In this document: positions 38,021 to 47,060 of the stretch, in pieces | How the letters are laid out: the number at the start of each line of letters is the position of its first letter | How positions within the stretch are numbered: position 1 is the stretch's first letter | Source: a virus | DNA: 64,000 nucleotides | Virus record (IMG/VR): IMGVR_UViG_3300036819_000087 | Location: 32,001-96,000 of that record | Direction: 5' to 3' (one strand) | The notes under the pieces: model-generated | Told to the model about the DNA's origin: nothing | What the model saw: the letters and a program-made list of their open reading frames with translations, nothing else | Databases searched by the model: none | Made by a program: the position numbers and the translations under genes

Positions 38021-38599
38021 GTGACCGGCCACAGGCGACTCCTCGCCGCGGGCGCGTTCCTCATCTACGCCGCCGCAATCGCCGGCTCGAACTGGCTAAT
38101 CAGCCACGCCGGGAACCTCACTCCGTTCGGCACTCACACGCTGCCCACTTGGCCGGGACTGGTGGCCCCGTCGGGGGTGTACGCGGCAGCCCTGTCGTTC
38201 CCCGCCCGGGACGTGACCCAGCGGCTTACCGGCCGATGGGTGGGCCTGGCTGCGATCCTGGTGGGAGCGCTCGTATCGCTGGCCACCAGTTCCCCCGTCA
38301 TCGCGGTCGCCTCGTTCCTCACCTATCTGGTATCGGAGGGGTGCGACTGGCTGGTGTACACGCCGTTGCAGCGCCGCTGGTTCGCACCCGCCGTGGTTGC
38401 CTCGGGCATGGTCGCCGCTGTGGTCGACTCGGTGCTGTTCCTCCACCTGGCCCACCTGCCCGCCGACCATCGGGCCGTCGCGGGCCTGGTCGCGGGGAAA
38501 GTGTGGGTGGTACTGGCCGCGTGGCCGGTCACCTGGTTGCTGCGGAACTGTGGCCCATTCGCGGTCCCGCAAGGAGAACTCGATGTTGTGGCTGGGTAA
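38021..38599 (+). CDS. VUT-family (YhhQ-like, queuosine precursor) transporter
   Basis: APSGVYAA...RDVTQ...AVASFLTYLVSEGCDWLVYTPL...VDSVLFL; multi-TM. Confidence 0.85.
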   Translation: MTGHRRLLAAGAFLIYAAAIAGSNWLISHAGNLTPFGTHTLPTWPGLVAPSGVYAAALSFPARDVTQRLTGRWVGLAAILVGALVSLATSSPVIAVASFLTYLVSEGCDWLVYTPLQRRWFAPAVVASGMVAAVVDSVLFLHLAHLPADHRAVAGLVAGKVWVVLAAWPVTWLLRNCGPFAVPQGELDVVAG

Positions 38600-39338
38600 C
38601 CCGTCCGGGCCGAAGGTCCGGGACGCGATGCGTGCCGGGCACCTTGGCATGATGACGCAACCACGGCAGGGCAACCAGATGATCCCTAGGGTGCCGTGGG
38701 CCGCCGACAACGGCCGCTTCTCGGACGCCACCTATGTCGGCGACGACGCCCTGCGCGCCTGGTGGGCCACGTTGCAGCCGTACGCTGCGGACTGCCTGTT
38801 CGTGACCGCCCCCGATGTCGTGGCCGCCGCCCGCGCCACCCTCGATTACTCCACCCCGTTCCTCGCCGAGATCCGCGCGCTCGGGTTCCCCGCGGCGTTC
38901 GTCGCACAGAACGGCCTGGACCGGGTCCTGTCCAACATGTTCGGCCAGGACGACCGGACCACCTGGTGGGGGTCGTTCGACGTGCTGTTCCTCGGCGGTG
39001 TCAAGGAATGCCGCCACTGCCGTTACACCCGGTCGCCTCTGTTGAGAGACACCCCGGAACAGCCCTCGAACTCCCGGTGCCCGTGGTGTTTCCGGGCGCT
39101 GACCGAGTGGAAACTCGGCCCGGCGGCGCGGGCTCTCACTAGGGAGGCCCGGTGGCATGGACTGCGCGTGCACATGGGTCGGGTGAACTCACTGCGACGG
39201 TGCCAGATCGCCGACGCGATGGGCTGCGCGACCACGGACGGCACCCACCTCACCCGCGAACCGGACTTTGCCCTCACTGAAGTGATCGGCTGGCACCGGG
39301 CGGTCAACGACCAGGTTCCCCTCTGGGAGGCGTCATGA
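38583..39338 (+). CDS. TGT/DpdA-like transglycosylase
   Basis: WAADNGRFS, APDVV, FVAQNG, LFLGG, VHMGRVN, TDGT; coupled to the VUT gene. Confidence 0.7.
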   Translation: MLWLGNPSGPKVRDAMRAGHLGMMTQPRQGNQMIPRVPWAADNGRFSDATYVGDDALRAWWATLQPYAADCLFVTAPDVVAAARATLDYSTPFLAEIRALGFPAAFVAQNGLDRVLSNMFGQDDRTTWWGSFDVLFLGGVKECRHCRYTRSPLLRDTPEQPSNSRCPWCFRALTEWKLGPAARALTREARWHGLRVHMGRVNSLRRCQIADAMGCATTDGTHLTREPDFALTEVIGWHRAVNDQVPLWEAS

Positions 39339-40162
39339 GCCTCGCCGGCCCCGGCCGCATGATCACCGGCACCGCCGAGGACCTCGTCACCGACTGGGCA
39401 GACGCCGACGTGATCACCGGCCAGCCGACGGGATGGGCCGTGTTCAACCAGGCCCGCACCCACCGGTACCTCCTGGCCCGCTACTGGGACACCACCCCGG
39501 CCGTGCAGACGCTGACGTTTGTGATGCTGAACCCCTCCGACGCGGACGCTTTCCGCAACGATCCGACCGTCGGCCGGTGCATGCGGTTCGCGCACCGGGA
39601 AGGCTACGGCGGTATCCGTGTCCTGAACGCCTACGGATACCGGTCCCCGCGGCCCGCCGACCTCCGGGCCGCCGCCGACCCGGTCGGGCCGTCCAACGAT
39701 GCGGCCCTGGACCAGTGGGCTCGGGGCACGGTCGTGGTCGCGTGGGGCGCGCACCCGTTCGCCGCCGGCCGGGTCGCCGAGGTCGCCGCCCATCTCACTG
39801 CTGGCGGCGCGCGTCTGCTGTGTCTCGGCACCACCATGGACGGTTCCCCGATCCACCCGCTGGCCCGCGGCCGGTCCCGCGTCCCCGACGACGCGCCACT
39901 AGTCCCGTGGGCGCCTCCAGATGTGGGGGCGGCCCCCACCCGGGCCGCTTCCGCTCCACTCCCGCCGCCGGCCGGCACGTCAGGGGAAGGGCCACCGGCC
40001 GGCGGCGGGGATTTCCGTACCGCATGGGGCCGTGCCCTCGCCCGGCAGCACGCCGACACCCGCCGCCGCGTCACCCAGCCCCGCCGCCGCCCGGCTCGGG
40101 GCATCCCCGGTGACGCGGGGCCGGGCATGATCCGCCGCCCACCCCCCGGGAGCGCCGCATGA
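39335..40162 (+). CDS. DUF1643-domain protein
   Basis: HRYLLAR, FVMLNPSDADA...DPTVGRC, VVVAWG, PIHPL. Confidence 0.88.
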   Translation: MSLAGPGRMITGTAEDLVTDWADADVITGQPTGWAVFNQARTHRYLLARYWDTTPAVQTLTFVMLNPSDADAFRNDPTVGRCMRFAHREGYGGIRVLNAYGYRSPRPADLRAAADPVGPSNDAALDQWARGTVVVAWGAHPFAAGRVAEVAAHLTAGGARLLCLGTTMDGSPIHPLARGRSRVPDDAPLVPWAPPDVGAAPTRAASAPLPPPAGTSGEGPPAGGGDFRTAWGRALARQHADTRRRVTQPRRRPARGIPGDAGPGMIRRPPPGSAA

Positions 40163-42327
40163 GACCACTGCGGGCCGGGTCACTATGCACCGGGTACGGC
40201 GGCCTCGACCAAGCCGTGCTCGGCATGTTCGGTGGCGAACTGGTGTGGGTCGCCGACAACGAACCCGGCGCCGCCCAGATCATCAACCACCACCATCCCG
40301 GGGTGAAAAACCTCGGCGACATCACCACCGTCGACTGGACCACGGTCGAACCGGTCGACATCCTCATCGCGGGTTTTCCTTGCCAGGACATCTCATCGGC
40401 CGGGCTCCGGGCGGGACTCCAAACCGGGAACCGGTCGGGGTTGTGGCATGTGATCACGGAAGCGATCCGGGTCTTGCGCCCGCGACTGGTGCTCCTGGAG
40501 AACGTGCGGGCCATCCTGACGGCCCGCGGAGACCGGCCCACCGACGAACACTTGCGCGCCGAAGCAACCCTGCGGGCCGCGAACCAGATGCTCAACCACC
40601 TCGCCCAGGCCGGGAACATCGCACACAGCAGAGGAGATCGCCGTCGTGTCCAGGCAATTCAGTGGCGTACCGATCGCGTCGCTCGACTCCGCAAACGGGC
40701 GGTGGCTCGATGCGACCACCACGAACGGAGACTTGTTCGGGCAGTTGGAACCGTTTGCCGGTCGCTGGCCGACCTCGGGTTCAATGCGGAGTGGGATTGT
40801 GTACGAGCGGCCGATGTCGGCGCACCGCATATCCGCGACCGCTGGTTCGCTCTCGCATGGCCTGATGAAAACCCCGACCGCCCAGTTGGGGATCAACGGG
40901 GGGAGTCAGCCCGAGGAGAAACGGCGGGCGGGCGGGCATGGGCCGACGCTGGCCGACCAGATCGAGCACTCACTGATGGCGAACTTGCCGACCCCGACAG
41001 CGCGGCCGGGGGACTCGTCCAGCCGCGGACCGGACCCGGCACGATACCGGGGGCCGAAGTCGCTGGGCGGGCGCCGGTCGAACCTGGACGACGCGGTCGC
41101 GGCGATCGAGGACCGGTCTCCGTGGCTGGGCGATCTGCTGCCGGTCCCGGGGGTGCAGGCGGACGGCCCGGAGGTCCCGGAGGTGACATCGATGCTGCCG
41201 ACCCCACTGTCGGGGGAGGCGCGGCACGGGTCACCGAACCAGCACCGGAGCGCCGGCGACACGATGCTGACGGGGGAGATCCTCGCGCTGGCGAACCCGG
41301 ACCGGGGACTGAGCCCGGTCCGGGCCGGGCGGCTCGGCCAGGCGGAACCACCGACATTGCCGACCCCGAACGCGCGGGATGGCAAGGGCCGGGACCTGCC
41401 GACCCGGGGCGGGGGACAGGGCCTGCCGTCGGCGGTGCTGCCAACGCCGGTGTCGCATCCGACGGGCCGCACCCCGGAACAGCACATGGATGCCCGGTCG
41501 CGGGACGGCCGGACCGTCCCGTGCGACCTGGGGGTGGCGGTGTCATCCCTGGAAGCCTCACCGGCGGCGACGGGTACCGGCTCGGCCGGGCCGCCTGGGA
41601 ACGGTCCCTTGATCCCGACCCCGACGGCGGCGGACGGGGACCGGGCCAGCCTGGTGTACCCGAGGGGGAACCCGACACTGGCCGGGACCGCGGTCCAGTT
41701 TCTGCCAACCCCGGCGGCCGGGGCGTTCAACGACGGGGAGAGCCCCGAGTCGTGGGCGGCCCGGAACGAGCGACTGCGGGCGAAAGGCTACAACGGGAAC
41801 GGGATGGGCAAACCGCTGACGGTGGTCGCGCAGGAACTGCTGCCGACCCCGCGGGTGACCGAACGGGCCGGGATGCAGCCGAGCCCGGCCACGGTCCGGG
41901 GGACACACGGCCGGGACCTCGGCCCGACGGTCGGGGGACTGCTCCCGACACCGAGCGCGGCCGACGGGCTCGGTGGCCACATCAACCGGAGCGGCCCCCG
42001 GGCGGGGGAACTTCTGCTGGGTGGCCAAGCGCGGCAGATAGCGGAGTCCAGTGGGGCAAATTCGCCCCCGCCATCGCCCGGTGGGAGTTCCTCACCGGAC
42101 GGTCCGCCCCAGCTCCCACTGACATGGGACGGACCGGCCCCCGACTGAGCCCCCGGTTCGTCGAATGGATGATGGGCCTCCCGCCCGGCTGGGTCACCGA
42201 CGTACCCGGCCTGTCCCGGTCCGCCATGCTGAAAGCACTCGGGAACGGCGTGGTGCCGCAACAGGCGGTCGCCGCGATCTACCTGCTGGCCACCCGGATC
42301 CGCGAGACCTGGGACATGGCCGCATGA
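40159..42327 (+). CDS. C5 cytosine DNA methyltransferase
   Basis: SLCTGYGG, GFPCQD, LENV, HIRDRWF, FVEWMMG, LKALGNGVVPQQA. Confidence 0.92.
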   Translation: MRPLRAGSLCTGYGGLDQAVLGMFGGELVWVADNEPGAAQIINHHHPGVKNLGDITTVDWTTVEPVDILIAGFPCQDISSAGLRAGLQTGNRSGLWHVITEAIRVLRPRLVLLENVRAILTARGDRPTDEHLRAEATLRAANQMLNHLAQAGNIAHSRGDRRRVQAIQWRTDRVARLRKRAVARCDHHERRLVRAVGTVCRSLADLGFNAEWDCVRAADVGAPHIRDRWFALAWPDENPDRPVGDQRGESARGETAGGRAWADAGRPDRALTDGELADPDSAAGGLVQPRTGPGTIPGAEVAGRAPVEPGRRGRGDRGPVSVAGRSAAGPGGAGGRPGGPGGDIDAADPTVGGGAARVTEPAPERRRHDADGGDPRAGEPGPGTEPGPGRAARPGGTTDIADPERAGWQGPGPADPGRGTGPAVGGAANAGVASDGPHPGTAHGCPVAGRPDRPVRPGGGGVIPGSLTGGDGYRLGRAAWERSLDPDPDGGGRGPGQPGVPEGEPDTGRDRGPVSANPGGRGVQRRGEPRVVGGPERATAGERLQRERDGQTADGGRAGTAADPAGDRTGRDAAEPGHGPGDTRPGPRPDGRGTAPDTERGRRARWPHQPERPPGGGTSAGWPSAADSGVQWGKFAPAIARWEFLTGRSAPAPTDMGRTGPRLSPRFVEWMMGLPPGWVTDVPGLSRSAMLKALGNGVVPQQAVAAIYLLATRIRETWDMAA
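40646..42148 (+). CDS. Nested alternative-frame ORF with LPTP repeats
   Basis: GAGGAG at 40631-40636 before GTG 40646; 500 aa open; about nine (L/I)PTP-type repeats; GC3 bias favours this frame. Confidence 0.7.
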   Translation: MSRQFSGVPIASLDSANGRWLDATTTNGDLFGQLEPFAGRWPTSGSMRSGIVYERPMSAHRISATAGSLSHGLMKTPTAQLGINGGSQPEEKRRAGGHGPTLADQIEHSLMANLPTPTARPGDSSSRGPDPARYRGPKSLGGRRSNLDDAVAAIEDRSPWLGDLLPVPGVQADGPEVPEVTSMLPTPLSGEARHGSPNQHRSAGDTMLTGEILALANPDRGLSPVRAGRLGQAEPPTLPTPNARDGKGRDLPTRGGGQGLPSAVLPTPVSHPTGRTPEQHMDARSRDGRTVPCDLGVAVSSLEASPAATGTGSAGPPGNGPLIPTPTAADGDRASLVYPRGNPTLAGTAVQFLPTPAAGAFNDGESPESWAARNERLRAKGYNGNGMGKPLTVVAQELLPTPRVTERAGMQPSPATVRGTHGRDLGPTVGGLLPTPSAADGLGGHINRSGPRAGELLLGGQARQIAESSGANSPPPSPGGSSSPDGPPQLPLTWDGPAPD

Positions 42328-42339
42328 GACCGAGAGGAG

Positions 42340-43233
42340 GTGACCCCGTTGTCCGTCAAGGTGACCTCGTGGGTCTGGGACCATTCCCGGACCAAGAAAA
42401 ACGACAAGCTCCTCATGCTGGCGATCGCTGACAACGCGAACGAGGACGGCACCCACGCCTGGCCGTCCAACACCGAGCTGCAACGCAAAACCGGGCTGAG
42501 CCAGCGCGGTGTCCGCATGGCGATCGCCGAGTGTGTGCGGGTGGGGGAACTGCATGTCGAATATAACGCCGGACCAGGCGGAACCAACCGCTACACGGTG
42601 ATCATGACCGGCGGCACCCCGGCAAAACCTGCCCGGGGCAAAACCTGCCCCCCGGCAAAATATGCCCCAGGCAATCCGTGCCCCCCCGAACCTGTGGATA
42701 GCGAGTTTCCGCAGGTCAACGAGGACTCTGACGGCCCCCCGGCAAAATCTGCCTCCCCTCAAATTGTGCCGGGGGAGGGGGCAAACTCTGCCCACGGAAT
42801 CATCCATGAACCGTCCGATAAAGATCTTCATCCGCGTGAGGCCGTTGCCGCGGTCGCTGCCCGGTTGCCCCGCCTCGATGAGGACGATTCATCTTCGAAG
42901 GACCCCGACCGGATACCCCGCCTGGTGGTTGAACTGATCATCCAGCGGACCAAAGTCCACATCGACCTCGACGAGGCACGCCGCGTCGCTGCGGATCTTC
43001 TCGACGGCCGGGAGGTCGCCAACCCCGTCGCCTACGTGCGGCAGGCGCTCCGCCAGGAACCGGATCCGCTGACCCGGTTCGCTCTGCGACGACCCGCCGA
43101 GGGCACCCTCCAAGGCCAGGCCGGCGACTCCGCCTGCCGGTGCCTTGGCTCCCGGTGGGCCGACAACCCCGATGGGCCCGGTGTTGTGCCGTGCCCCGAC
43201 TGCTCACCCTCGACCGCCCGGAGGACCGCATGA
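42340..43233 (+). CDS. HTH-domain phage replication initiator
   Basis: VTSWVWDHS...KLLMLAIADNANEDG..AWPS...LQRKTGLSQRGV. Confidence 0.8.
   Translation: MTPLSVKVTSWVWDHSRTKKNDKLLMLAIADNANEDGTHAWPSNTELQRKTGLSQRGVRMAIAECVRVGELHVEYNAGPGGTNRYTVIMTGGTPAKPARGKTCPPAKYAPGNPCPPEPVDSEFPQVNEDSDGPPAKSASPQIVPGEGANSAHGIIHEPSDKDLHPREAVAAVAARLPRLDEDDSSSKDPDRIPRLVVELIIQRTKVHIDLDEARRVAADLLDGREVANPVAYVRQALRQEPDPLTRFALRRPAEGTLQGQAGDSACRCLGSRWADNPDGPGVVPCPDCSPSTARRTA
42615..42792 (+). repeat. GGCAAA repeats (iteron-like) inside the initiator gene
   Basis: ccggcaaaacct, ggggcaaaacct, ccggcaaaatat, ccggcaaaatct, ggggcaaactct. Confidence 0.6.
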
Positions 43234-44825
43234 CCGGCCACGCGATCATCGCCCAAGCCGACGCCCGCCACCTGCCCCTGCCCGACGCCAGCGTTGACCT
43301 GGTGCTGTTCTCGCCGCCGTACTTCGGGCAGCGGTCGTACACCGACGGCGGCGCCGCCTACGCCGGGCAGCTCGGATCGGAACCCGACCCGTGGGCCTAT
43401 CTCGAGAACCTGTTTACGGTCACCGCTGAGGCGGTCCGGGTCCTGAAGCCGGGCGGGAACCTGTTCGTGAACATTGGCGACAAGCATTCGACGTACACGG
43501 GGGCGAACTGGGGCAACGCCCGGTCGTTCGATGGGAACCGGGGCCAGGTGCCGCGTGGTGGCCCGGTCAACGCCCCCGAGGTGTACGGCATCCCGTACAA
43601 GTCGAAGATGGGCCTGCCGTGGCGGTATGCGCTGGGGTGTGTCGGCGGGACCGGGTCGATGCTCGACGACGCCGGCCTGGTGAAGCTTCTCCTGCGGGAT
43701 GTGGCGCTCGGGGTCCTCGACCTCGCCGACGCTGAGGTCCTGGTCGACCAGCTCGCCGCGACGCGGGCGGGTGGGCTGGGCCTGTCGCTGCGTCAGGAGA
43801 TCATCTGGGCGAAGCTGAACCCGATGCCCGAATCGGCCCGCGACCGGGCCCGGACCGCCCACGAGCCGATCTTCCATTTCATCAAGGCCGGGCAGCGGCG
43901 CACCTACCACGCGACCGACCTGATCCGGGAACCGATCCAGTGGCCCGGCAAGTCCCGCACCTCGAACAAGGCCAACGACGTGTGGGGGCAGATCCACCCG
44001 TCCAAGCAGGGCAACCTGGGCAAGGGTGACGAGAACCCGCTGGGGAAGATCCCCGGGTCGGTGTGGTGGGCGGACCCGGACGACCTGACCGAGCCGGTCC
44101 GCACGGTGTGGGAGATGGCGACGACCCCGCTGAAACTGCCGAAGGCGCTGGGGGTCGAGCATTACGCGGCGTTCCCGTTCGAGCTCGCCCGCCGTATCGT
44201 GCTCGGCTGGTCCCCCGAACGGGTGTGCGGCGTGTGCGGGGAAGGGCGCCGCCCGATCACAGAGTCGGTCCGCACGTTCGACGGCCAGCCCCGCGGGGAT
44301 CTCCCGACCTGGGCGGCCCCTGACGCGCCGCGGCGGGCTCCCAACGGAGCCGGTCACTGGCGGTTCGGCACTGACCGGCGGATCCTCGGCCAGGCGTGCG
44401 CATGCACCCCGTACACCGACCACCCCGAACGGCGCGGGACCTCATTCCTCGACCACGACCGGGCGGCCGTGTCCGGCCAGTCAACCGACGCGGCCGGACG
44501 CTGGGCACGCTACACCGGATCGGCCACCGGGCCTCGTGGCCCGGTCCGCGAATACCACCTGGACGGCTGGACGCCGCCGCCCAGCACGCCGGGTGTGGTC
44601 CTCGACCTGTTCGGCGGCGCCGGGACCACGGCCGCTGTCGCGGTCGCCTACGGCCGGACCGGGATCTCACTGGACCTGTCCCACGACTACGGGCGGGCTG
44701 CCCGGTGGCGGGTCACCGACGAGGGGGAGCGGGCCCGCATCCTCGGGGTGAAGAAACCCGACCCGGTCCGCCCGGACCAGGGCAGCCTGTTCGACGACCT
44801 TGAGGTGAACGGAGCCAGCGCGTGA
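43230..44825 (+). CDS. N4-cytosine/N6-adenine DNA methyltransferase
   Basis: FSPPY, RQEIIWAKLNPMPES..DR, HYAAFP, VLDLFGGAGTT. Confidence 0.92.
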   Translation: MTGHAIIAQADARHLPLPDASVDLVLFSPPYFGQRSYTDGGAAYAGQLGSEPDPWAYLENLFTVTAEAVRVLKPGGNLFVNIGDKHSTYTGANWGNARSFDGNRGQVPRGGPVNAPEVYGIPYKSKMGLPWRYALGCVGGTGSMLDDAGLVKLLLRDVALGVLDLADAEVLVDQLAATRAGGLGLSLRQEIIWAKLNPMPESARDRARTAHEPIFHFIKAGQRRTYHATDLIREPIQWPGKSRTSNKANDVWGQIHPSKQGNLGKGDENPLGKIPGSVWWADPDDLTEPVRTVWEMATTPLKLPKALGVEHYAAFPFELARRIVLGWSPERVCGVCGEGRRPITESVRTFDGQPRGDLPTWAAPDAPRRAPNGAGHWRFGTDRRILGQACACTPYTDHPERRGTSFLDHDRAAVSGQSTDAAGRWARYTGSATGPRGPVREYHLDGWTPPPSTPGVVLDLFGGAGTTAAVAVAYGRTGISLDLSHDYGRAARWRVTDEGERARILGVKKPDPVRPDQGSLFDDLEVNGASA

Positions 44826-45166
44826 GCGGCAGGAAACCGAGCCCGGCCCAGAGCGAGAAAGAGACCGCGGTCGAGGCCCTCGTCTACCGGATGGCCCAGG
44901 CCGGGTACGGCGGCAGCGTTGAGGAGCGGGACACGTTCGCCCGCGAATACGTCGACATGATGTGGGCGCGGGGTCTGCGGGTGGTGCCCGTGGGCCGGCC
45001 CGAGGCGTGGAAGGAAACCACCGGCGACCCGGCCAAGCCCGAGGCACGCACCCGCGCGGCCGAGGCGGCCCGGGCTGCGCTGACCCGGGCGAAGCCGGCC
45101 GCCCGTCCGGCCCCGCCGGGCGCGGCCTGAACGAGCACCACCCGTACAACCGAGGAGAACCACGTC

Positions 45167-45616
45167 ATGCCCATCGCCACCCTGCCCAGCATCTGCTGGA
45201 CCACCACCTCCCGATTCGAGGACGGCCACGACCACTGGGACACCGAAGCCCAGGCGCTGCGGATCGTCATCCAGCAGTTCACCGAGGACACCACCGCGCC
45301 GGGGGAGCTGCCCGGCCGGTACACCGCCTGCTGCCTGACCGTGGAATGCGACGGCCGTGAATGCGGCGAAACGCTGGTCGACCACGAGTGGGAGTTCCCC
45401 ATCCATTTCGACACGTACCGCGAGGCGACCGAGTACCTCGCCGAGGACGCCCGGGCTGAGGATCGGAGCAAACGGTCAGATTTCCCCTACCGGGGCTGGA
45501 TCATGACTCCAGGCGGCGGCGCGTGGTGCCCGGCATGCCGGGAGGAAGGCCAGGTCCCGCCGCCGCCGCTGACCCGCGCGGAGCAGGCCGACGCCGGTCA
45601 GCAGGTCCTGCTGTGA
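45167..45616 (+). CDS. Hypothetical Cys-rich protein
   Basis: ACAACCGAGGAG upstream; CDGREC, WCPAC. Confidence 0.65.
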   Translation: MPIATLPSICWTTTSRFEDGHDHWDTEAQALRIVIQQFTEDTTAPGELPGRYTACCLTVECDGRECGETLVDHEWEFPIHFDTYREATEYLAEDARAEDRSKRSDFPYRGWIMTPGGGAWCPACREEGQVPPPPLTRAEQADAGQQVLL

Positions 45617-45887
45617 CCGCACCAGCCGGGCACGGACTGGAGGGCCAGCCGCGTGGCTGCGGCTGGCCCCTCGACGGGGAATGCAAACTGAACGACCGGT
45701 CGCATCTGCCGCCGGCCGGTACCCGCCGCGCCTGGACCAACCACGACCAGCGCTGCCCCAAACCGAACCCCCGGCCGAGCACGAAACGCCGGGACGGCTA
45801 CCCCTCATGCAGCCTGATCGCCGACCACGACGGCGACTGCGACTATGACCGTGAAGCCATGCCCGGCCCGGACCAGGACCGGGCCGC

Positions 45888-46376
45888 ATGACCGCCGGGG
45901 ACGGCAAAGACAGCGACCTCGCCCGCGTGGTCGCGTACCGGCTCCGCCTCCGCCGCCGCCTCGTCGACTACTCGTTTCTCCGCGACACCGGCTCGACCCC
46001 CGAGGACGCCGGTACCCGGCTCGGCTGGGGAGAGAGAACGGTCGAGCAGAACGAGCTCCGGTACCGGGCCCGTGAGGTTCCCGAATGGCCACCGCCGGCC
46101 GGCGCGGACGCCCCGAAGACCGCGTGGGGCGACGCCTGCGGCACCGAACTGGGCTGGGAAGTGCACCGGTACCTGAACCGTGACCGGGCGTGCCCAGCGT
46201 GCCTGCTGGCCCACTACCCGGGCCTGCTGGCCGAGGACACGCCTGCGGGGATATCTCCGCCGCCGCCGCCTCCTCCGGTCACTGACGAGGAAGCCGCCCG
46301 GCACCTCGCCGACCTGGCCACCGCGATCGGCGCGCCGATTCCCTGGGATGAGACCAGCGGCCAGGCGGCGGCGTGA
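45888..46376 (+). CDS. Hypothetical protein with HTH-like segment
   Basis: GSTPEDAGTRLGWGERTVE; CG...H...CPAC. Confidence 0.55.
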   Translation: MTAGDGKDSDLARVVAYRLRLRRRLVDYSFLRDTGSTPEDAGTRLGWGERTVEQNELRYRAREVPEWPPPAGADAPKTAWGDACGTELGWEVHRYLNRDRACPACLLAHYPGLLAEDTPAGISPPPPPPPVTDEEAARHLADLATAIGAPIPWDETSGQAAA

Positions 46377-46412
46377 GACGTAACCGCGACAGCAACCGAG
46401 GAGAATCAGCAC

Positions 46413-47060
46413 ATGCGTTACCAGATCCGGCCGCTGGGCCTCTGGACCGACCCGGAAACCACCCAGCGCCGCCCTACCGGCGTGTTTCGTGCCACCTGGC
46501 CGGAAACTCTCGAACTACTCGAAACCGAGATAGACAAGATCGGCGGGGAAGACCCCGTCGTTGTTCAGGTCGATGTCGCTGAAGCCGATATCCGCCTGGA
46601 CGGGATGCTGCGGGCCAGCGCCCAGGTCGGCCACCCGGGGGTGATCGTGTCGTTCGGCTCCGACTATGGGCCGCTGCGGTACGCCACCGACGCCTACGAG
46701 AAACAGTGGGGCGGGTCGAAGGTGCTGGCGTCGTGGCAGGGGAATGTCCGCGCAATCGCGCTCACCCTCGGCTCGTTGCGCGACATCGACCGGTGGGGGG
46801 TGCCGAAACGTGGCCAGCAGTACACCGGGTGGAAGGCGCTCCCGGCCGCGGCCGGGGTGACGTTCCCGTCCGTGGATGAGGCGGTGCGGTGGATGCGGGA
46901 CTGGGCTGGCCGCCACCAGATCGACGAGGACCTCGCCGCGCCGCGGACCTTGTACCGGGCGATGGCCCGGCGTCTGCATCCCGACGCGGGCGGCGACCCC
47001 GACGACTGGGAACGCCTCGCCGCGGCCCGGCTCCTGCTCACCACGGCGGGCATGCTGTGA
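46413..47060 (+). CDS. Phage protein with C-terminal J-domain-like segment
   Basis: NVRAIALTLGSLRDIDRWG...QQYTGW...LHPDAGG. Confidence 0.8.
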   Translation: MRYQIRPLGLWTDPETTQRRPTGVFRATWPETLELLETEIDKIGGEDPVVVQVDVAEADIRLDGMLRASAQVGHPGVIVSFGSDYGPLRYATDAYEKQWGGSKVLASWQGNVRAIALTLGSLRDIDRWGVPKRGQQYTGWKALPAAAGVTFPSVDEAVRWMRDWAGRHQIDEDLAAPRTLYRAMARRLHPDAGGDPDDWERLAAARLLLTTAGML

